A stretch of DNA of 63,837 bases, filler included, from Lenisia limosa (lineage: Eukaryota > Protista > Breviatea), in assembly GCA_001655205.1 (NCBI GenBank). It is 13 parts of 13 records of this genome, joined end to end, with 100 filler letters (N's around TTAATTAATTAA, not from the genome) between each part and the next. Parts side by side here need not be neighbours in the genome. Positions count along the whole stretch, not along the records: positions 60,274 to 63,837 come from LPNZ01011039.1; 12 more parts are not named here. One strand, 5' to 3'. The notes beneath the pieces were generated by a model. That model was not told where the DNA came from and did no database searches. It was given only the letters and a program-made list of their open reading frames with translations. Positions 61,912 to 63,837 of this stretch are shown in pieces (the stretch's first letter is position 1; the number at the start of each line of letters is the position of its first letter). Position numbers and translations under genes: made by a program.

Positions 61912-63586
61912 ATGGTTGAAGATGCTAAAAAAGATGCTGCAGACCTGCGGGAGGCCTGTGCTGAAGCTGATTACGGAAAGTAAGTTGATCCCGTTTCCTT
62001 TTATACTACTCCTTTGCTGCTTTCTGCAAAGATTTCGCCGGCTAAATTGTTGAAAGAATCTAACGTCCACCAGGGTTCGAGTACTCCTCTCTCGCAATGC
62101 AAACCCCAATCTTGGCAACAACTATGGGTAGGTACTCTAGTTGCCTTGATTGCCTGTTTTCTATTTCATAGCATACTCGCGGTATCTCTTGATTTTCTGG
62201 AGGATAAACAAAATTAAACACTTTGAAGTGTAGTATTAATTGAATAATAGTGAAAATTTAAATAAGAGGATTGACTTAAGAAAGTTGGTTTGTTTCCTTT
62301 CTCGGTCGTTTTTTATAACGGATTGGATGATTATTATTAGCTTCTTCAAATGCACAAGTTGTCTTCATGCCTTATTTAGTTTATTATTTCACTAAAAATA
62401 AATTATTTACCGATTAATGTAACCTTCTCAATCCCCCCCCCCCCTTTTTTTTTAAAAAAAAGCACGAAATATATTTCCTCAAAAGGAACAGAATCAAAAC
62501 AGTTCAACAGTAATACGATTTGCAAGCAGATATCAGTCAACTGATGATTAGATTTAACCCCTCCCACCAATTGCCCCGTTGGACTTTTTTGTTTCATAAT
62601 TTTACGCCACTGGCCTGGGCTTTGTTTGTNNNNNNNNNNNNNNNNNNNNNNNNNNNNNNNNNNNNNNNNNNNNNNNNNNNNNNNNNNNNNNNNNNNNNNN
62701 NNNNNNNNNNNNNNNNNNNNNNNNNNNNNNNNNNNNNNNNNNNNNNNNNNNNNNCTTGAGGCTCTTTTATCGGCAGGGGCGGATGTTTCTGTCACTAATA
62801 GAGCTGGGTGAGTGGATGTTTTTCTCATTGTTATATAGTATGATCCTAATTTGACTTTATTCTTTATGATCCTAGTTTCAATAGAGACTTTACTGTTAGT
62901 ATACTATACTACATGTAATACATAGGTTGAGCAGAAGTTGATAGTAATTTTCCCTGTGTATTTGTTAAAATTCTCAAGATTGTATTGATTATAATTGTAT
63001 TATTGCTTAAAAGCACAAATGCATGACCACCTAGGTTGACACCGCTGCACAAAGCCGTGATATCAAACCAGGAGTCTGCCGTAGAACAGCTTCTTTCTCA
63101 TGGCGCGGACCCGAACGCCACTACCGAGGCTGAAGGTAACCGGGGATAACGTATCAGGCTCCCGAGGTATCCGGGGATTAACAAATCAAATACATTGTAA
63201 AGCCACATATGGATTAACAAATCAGTCTTTTGTGGAATGTCAAATACACAATGTAAAGCCACATATACAGTGACCGCGATGAGTCCTGACACGGATTTGA
63301 GCTTAATCTAGAGTCATCCTTGTTAGTGCATATCAGGGTGAATTATATGTTATCCCCGTCAGTAATTACGGGGCTCTTCATAGTATATTAAGAAAGCCAA
63401 ATACATCCCCAAAACCACATATGAATTTTGAGTTAGTAACTCATTTGAGTTTGAGTTACTAAAATAGGTTGTAAAATCAAAATAATGCCGCAAATATTTG
63501 ACTACCATCTATAACATATCACTGACCCCCACCCCCAGGTGAAACGGCCCTCCATATGGCTGGCCATACGGGTAACGTCGAAATTG
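61912..63586 (+). CDS. Ankyrin-repeat protein (continues beyond window)
   Basis: MVEDAKKDAADLREACAEADYG-KVRVLLSRNANPNLGNNYG; LEALLSAGADVSVTNRAG; LTPLHKAVISNQESAVEQLLSHGADPNATT; GETALHMAGHTGNVEI. Confidence 0.9.
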
Positions 63587-63837
63587 GTACGTGGCACTAT
63601 CAAGATATTAGAACGGTAATTAAGTGTTCATCGGATTTTTGGGTGATGCTGAATGACCAATTTTTTGAGTGGTGGTAATTAACTGATTTTTTTCACGTGT
63701 TTCATGTTTTAATAATTAGATTTTTGACAAGTTTTCATGACAGTTGATGATTATTGGGCTTTGGTTGTTTGTTGTTATCAACCCGGGTGTGTTGTCAGCC
63801 AACAGTGGTGATTTTGGGCTTTGTTTTGTTTCATAAA

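Overview
Eukaryotic nuclear DNA from an intron-dense, AT-rich, probably unicellular organism (standard code, short GT-AG introns, head-to-head gene pairs). The sequence is hard-masked for some repeats and is an artificial concatenation: 12 contig joins carry a 100-nt spacer (44 N + TTAATTAATTAA + 44 N), so adjacency across them is not proven. Genes recognised by manual exon stitching: CLPTM1, YIPF1/2 (partial), a fused two-domain YeeE/YedE (PmpA/PmpB-like) sulfur transporter, a cyclin T/K, a MAP2K, VPS25 (partial), a large multi-EGF extracellular protein, a kinesin fragment, an EML-like WD40 fragment and an ankyrin-repeat protein. There are also several orphan multi-exon genes, including two paralogous secreted beta-sandwich proteins. 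The most unusual signals are intronic. (i) Two unmasked short repeat families, one with a C(UUCG)G hairpin and Helentron-like end and one U-rich with a C-tail, lie almost always in the host gene's sense orientation, often next to splice sites; one copy makes up nearly a whole intron (introner-like). (ii) A 100-bp hAT-type MITE with 8-bp TSDs shows no such bias. (iii) Tandem duplications repeatedly copy splice donor and acceptor sites. All gene models are hand-built without alignment or RNA data; exon boundaries and gene ends are approximate.
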